Positions 58,574 through 64,000 of a stretch of 64,000 nucleotides of DNA are shown piece after piece. Location: NCBI GenBank assembly GCA_963693365.1, contig CAVNZM010000014.1, positions 3,968,001-4,032,000 of the forward strand. Reading direction: 5' to 3'. The stretch comes from Amoebidium appalachense. Lineage: Eukaryota > Protista > Ichthyosporea. The notes under the pieces are model-generated. The model was not told the DNA's origin, did no database searches, and saw only the letters and a list, made by a program, of their open reading frames with translations. Numbering within the stretch: the first letter of the stretch is position 1; each line of letters begins with the position of its first letter. Position numbers and translations under genes: made by a program.

Positions 58574-60343
58574 CACACACTGTCACACAGACCGACATGC
58601 CCCATGTTTATATGCAGATACACGCATCATATCTCACAGCACCCCACCAAGCCACCACACACCATTAACACCGTTACCAAGCTTGCTGCTAGCTAGTTTA
58701 AAACTATAAATTGTGGGAGAGCACACCCCAGCACCACAAAGTCATACTGCTATGACCCAAAACGTTAACCATGCAGCCCCGACACATGGCCATAAGCACA
58801 TATATGTACTCTAACAGAACCCACGAGCTTCGAAACACAAGGACAATAATACTGTTCCTGGTAAATCTATTGCTTCGGGTTCCAGTATGATCGTGTGAGC
58901 AGGATAAACTGGTTCCGGCAACCTTAAAGAATGAACTTGAGGTTCCATGCAACAAGCACAACTGTATCCCTTTTAGCCGCGAACCATTCAGGAGAATTCG
59001 GCAAAAACAGAATTAACTCCGCTATGAGCATAGCTTGCAAATCACTGTGAATAATTATTAATATTCACAACACAGTGCATGTTTTCAGAATTCGTCGATG
59101 CATGGGTGCAAAAGGAAGTTGTTAAAGGCAGCATTATGTTGCAAAAATAGTGGTGATTCTGCAAAAATAATGGGCATTCTGCAAACTTTAACGGCCGAAA
59201 TATTATGCAACAATCAGAATAATTCCACAAAACCCTTTTAATGTTTGAGCAATTCTGCAAACACTGTGTGTGTTTATTTAGCAGCAGCAAGCAAATCTAC
59301 AAAATCAGAATAACGCAAGAACTTGAACTCCGCACAAGCAGAATACCTCCAGAAAAGCAGAATAATGCCACAAATACATATGGAACACGGTGCTTAATAA
59401 TCACTCTCAGACTGCTCTGAGCAAAAGCTTGGCCTGCTCTGAGCAAAAGCTTGGACAAGCTTTATGTAATCCTGCGCTGATGTGGTTGGGGTTTCGGGTT
59501 GGTGTTTATCCGAGGCAGTATTGCTTGACATGCATACATTCAAGCGTTAAAACCCAATTCAAGACGAAACTACCCCTCCCCCCCCCCCCCCCCCCCCCCC
59601 CGCCCGCCCACCCCCACCCACCCACCCATATTTATGTGTAAACTTGTATCAGCATGTGTGTAACGGTTCATGGTGTACTTCAGCTAGAAGCCTGGACATT
59701 ATTGATTTATTGGTGAGTGGGTGCCAACAAATGCATATCCCCCCCCCCCCTCCCCCCCCCCCCCCCCCGGGGGGGCCACTGCGCACTCCTGTTCTGATCA
59801 TAGTAGATTCAAGCTCCAGGCACGGGCATATGAGCAGAGTATACGATTGCACTCCTTGTTCAATTAAACTTCACTGACAGCACAGCTGCAGTGTAATACG
59901 CAAAACCTACCATTTATAGTCTGTATTCAGACGATTATGTTCTTGTTAGTTAACATCTTACAGCTAGTCTAATACTAAGGTGGTACACAGCAGTCATACA
60001 CATGCCCGGCAAAAAAAAAAACACACGGTCTGCCTATTCCTGGCCAATCTACAATTAGAATTCCGAAACCAAGAACTACATGAAAAACATGAAAAGAACT
60101 ATGACGGCCATCACTATCTTACATCGTTCCTCGCCAAAAAACAGGCAGGGCCTATCCCACCCACGCCCAGCAATTAGCTCTGAGCACACATCACAACTAT
60201 ACAGCCCAATTTGAAAGACACCAAAAACAAAACAAAAAGGATTAGGGTTAAAAAGCCCATATGAAGAAACTTAATGGAAAGAAACTTCAGGATCAGGCCG
60301 TTTTGTGAGTGGTCATCTCACAACCCCCCCCCCCCCCCCCCCA

Positions 60344-60486
<143 letters not shown>

Positions 60487-60740
60487 ATCTCCCGGATGAT
60501 TTAGGGCATTATTGTGGGAAGAACCTTTGGAACCCTGTGGGCGTTCTGAAAACCGAACACAGTCTCCACCACAACCAAATTGGAGCAGTTGTATCTCAGA
60601 GCACGAGAGAGTCATGCATCGTAATAACCGACTGATTGACCGAAAGAGGCTCGCTTGACTCGGAGGTACCGCCTACCAAACAACTGTTCTATGGCTATCT
60701 TTATACTCGTACCACATCTGACATTAAGTCACATCACGAT

Positions 60741-61490
60741 GATCCAACCACACCCAAATTTCAGTCACATATCCAACCACATCCAAATTTCAGTCACATA
60801 TCCAACCACACCCAAATTTCAGTCACATATCCAACCACACCCAAATTTCAGTCACATATCCAACCACACCCAAATTTCAGTTACATATCCAACCACATCC
60901 AAATTCCAGTCACAATCCAACCACATCCAAATCTCACCCACAAATCCAAGTATTATCAAACCACATCCAAACTTCAGTCACATATCCAACTTCATCATCC
61001 AAATTTCAGTCACATACCCAACCACATCCAAATATCAGTCACCCAAACACATCCAAATCTCACCCACAAATCCAACCACATCCAAATCTCACCCACAAAT
61101 CCAACCACATCCAAATCTCACCCACAAATCCAAGTATTATTCAACCACATCCAAACTTCAGTCACATATCCAACATCATCCGAATTTCAGTCATATATCC
61201 AACCACATTCAAATTTCAGTCACATATCCAACCACATCCAAATTTCAGTCACATATCCAACCACATCCAAACATCAGTCACATATCCAATCACATCCAAA
61301 TTTCAATCATATATCCAACCACATCCAAATCTCAACCACAAATCCAAGTATTATCCAACCACATCCAAATTTCAGTCACATATCCAACATCATCCGAATT
61401 TCAGTCACATATCCAACCACACTCAACGTTCAGTCACATATCCAACCACATCCAAATTTCTATCACATATCCAACCACATCCAAATTTTT
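60741..61490 (+). repeat. 29-bp minisatellite (ATCCAACCACATCCAAATTTCAGTCACAT)n, about 25 units
   Basis: Read directly; it produces the periodic ORFs 60636-61670 and 60655-61608. Confidence 0.93.
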
Positions 61491-61497
61491 ATCTTAC

Positions 61498-61758
61498 TTG
61501 CATTGTTTTGCTCAGCATACGGGCTGTGCCGTGAAACAAGAGCCACGGCCCTTTCCAGCACCATATGGATGGGTTGCCTTCCCCCCGGTGCACATCCTCC
61601 TGCAGTAGCTGTAAACACCCCCATACATGTCAGTGTTCACGTAGGACAACACAATGCAAATATTGCATAGAAAGAGCACCACACAAAGATTATGCCATAC
61701 GTACAGCTCATCCTCAGGGTTACTCCCAGTCATCCAGTGGGGAGCGGTGTGTGTGTGT

Positions 61759-61789
<31 letters not shown>

Positions 61790-62145
61790 GAGGGGGGGAG
61801 GGGGGGGGGGGAAGGAGGATTCGATAAACACATGAATCCAGTCTCTCCGCTCAACATGGGTGAATTCTTAAGTAGCCCTTTAACGGGACAAATATTGGAT
61901 CAAATACGTTGCAATGCGCACAATTACCTGTCGCTTTTTTGCAGGTGTGACATTGTAGGTGTTGCAGGGTGTCGCATTTAATGCAAATACATGTGGAAAG
62001 CGTTAGCAAAATACAGAACATAACACTGATAACAACTCTATTTATTTGGTTTTTGGGTATAGCCCACCGGACTGAAACCAAAACAGTCCCGTAGATTCAA
62101 AGTTTGTGAACAATTCGTGTGTGAACAATTCGTGGCCACCTGTGT

Positions 62146-62206
<61 letters not shown>

Positions 62207-62602
62207 CGCGCGCGCATGCATACTATTAGGTGTGCATGCGCGTGCGCGTGTGTGTATGTGTTTGGCGGGCAGGCAGGCGGGCAGGCGGGCAGGCGGGCAG
62301 GAAGTTGGGCGGGCGGGGAGGAGGACGGGCCGGGAGGGGAGGGGAGAGGGGGGGGGGGGGGGGGGGGGGAGTGTTTAAGCACATTTACCTCCTGCAGCTG
62401 GGCGTATGCAGCATCGCAGCGTTTGCGATAGTCAGCCACCCACTGCCGCCTCTGAAACTGGGCCACACTAGCCCCTCCTGCACGGTTCAACTTAGGCCTG
62501 CCCTTTTTCTGAAAAAAGAGCATGTTAGTTCTTATCATCGGACACGGTATTGATATGCTATGTACGGCATATACAACACCCTGTGCCCCCCCCCCCCCTC
62601 CC

Positions 62603-62633
<31 letters not shown>

Positions 62634-62784
62634 GGACTCCTCCCCCCCCCCCCCCCCCCCCCCCCCAACCCGTAAAAAAAAAAAAGAAAAAAGCCAATCA
62701 TTCAGGGGAAAACGAGACAAGGGAGGAAAACAGAACAAGAGAAAGGAAAAGAACGGAAGTAACGAAGAAGGGGGAGAGAAGAGG

Positions 62785-62823
<39 letters not shown>

Positions 62824-63360
62824 GTGGGCGGGGGGAACGTGGTGGTGGCAGTGGTGGTGGGGGGAGGGGGGGGGGGGGGGGGGAAGGCACAGCACAACCC
62901 CGCTCATGGCATGTACTCTACACACAAACACACACACACAACACACACACACACATCGTCACACACACAGACACACACGCACACACACGCGCGCGCGCGC
63001 ACACACACACACACACACCGTGCGGACACAAACACTGATTCACACGCATACGCACACGCACACGCACATGTCCAAACCTATGCACACACACTCACGCATG
63101 CGCACACGCTCCACAAGCATAATAGCTATTCGAATATTCACAAGCATAATAGGTAATCTGGATATTCCACAAGCACTGTAACGCACATGCACACACACAC
63201 ACACACATGGCATACACACACACACACCCCAATCTATGTCTCTCTACACCCCACACACTCTCGCACCCCTCCCCCTCTCCCCCTCTTTCCCCTCTCTGCC
63301 CCTACCCTCTCTCGCTCGGCCTCTTCTCCCTTTCCCCCCCACCCCCCTCCCCCTTTACCT

Positions 63361-63396
<36 letters not shown>

Positions 63397-63794
63397 CCCC
63401 CCCCCCCCACACACACACAAACACCAGCCCGGAAGTAACCGGTGCCGTCACCTTCCGCACTAGAGAACAAAAAAGGGACTAAGGCATGTGCGGAAAGTAC
63501 TCTCAACACAGTGAGGCCCCCGGCCCATCACCATCATCATGATGCTCACCAAATAGAAACATCCCATTTTAAGTCAAGATGGCAAGACGACGGTGCAAAA
63601 TGATCATCATATGTTTTCATTGCTCGTCATCACCCGAGACCCTTCAAAACTCCTGAGTCGACCGTGCTGTTCTTCCCCTCTGTATGCAACATCGCCCACC
63701 CCCCAGATGATCCGCGTCGTTCTATTCTAATACCTTTTTGAGTTCGTTCACACTTGCATGTCTGACTGGCACTCACCCTTTTTGGTGCCTCCAT
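61498..63794 (-). CDS. Partial gene: AT-hook plus atypical bHLH-like protein; 3' exons unresolved
   Basis: Exon 63794-63777 (MEAPKR; 5' end uncertain) joins 62508-62389 (KKGRPK...QRRQWVADYRKRCDAAYAQLQE) and 61608-61498 (LLQEDVHRG, then RQPIHMVLERAVALV after adding one G in a G6 run). Confidence 0.5.
61640..61738 (+). repeat. R1 repeat copy (diverged)
   Basis: ggacaacacaatgcaaa...accacacaaagattatgc...catcctcaggg...cagtcatcca. Confidence 0.65.
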
Positions 63795-64000
63795 TCGTTC
63801 AGTAGATGTCTCATCATCACAAGTACTCGTCTCACTCGACGGCTCCCGGACCACGAGCAAACGCCAAAGGCAAGACCGAACTTGTTTAACCAAAAGGCTT
63901 CAAGCCTTGCACCACCGAGCTAGGGGGGCAAAAATATGGGAAACGGACACCCTCAAGAATGAAGCCCTAGCCAACCAGCTGGGAACCGTGGATCCGAACA

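Noticed and set aside
60636-61670. 344-aa and 317-aa ORFs
   Set aside because: Both are products of a 29-bp minisatellite open in two frames, antisense to the modelled gene.

Overview
Eukaryotic nuclear DNA with intron-rich genes whose introns are filled with (CA/GT)n, (GA/CT)n and poly-G/poly-C tracts; the taxon cannot be fixed from this window. Almost all ORF-track entries are translated simple repeats. Splicing by hand gave five multi-exon genes. (1) A mitochondrial-presequence, stand-alone PolI-type 5'-3' nuclease with a degenerate active site (5275-15279, -). (2) A transcription factor with a DCX/KHA-like N-terminus, bHLH, zipper and one PAS-PAC domain (~21507-35962, -). (3) Mitochondrial ribosomal protein S7 (40363-46496, -). 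(4) METTL16 (47319-56871, +), head-to-head with S7. (5) A partial AT-hook plus atypical bHLH gene (61498-63794, -). There are also two intronless ORFs (Myb/SANT-like plus C4 finger; SYLF/Ysc84), a 5'-truncated LINE with two extra 3'-end copies, two long inverted repeats and two 28-29 bp arrays. The strongest leads are an AT-AC minor-spliceosome-type intron with a non-consensus donor in METTL16, a palindromic array just after the METTL16 stop, an intronic repeat family always oriented the same way relative to its host gene, duplicated 3' splice sites, and the bHLH-ZIP-PAS architecture. All models were made by eye without searches or RNA data.
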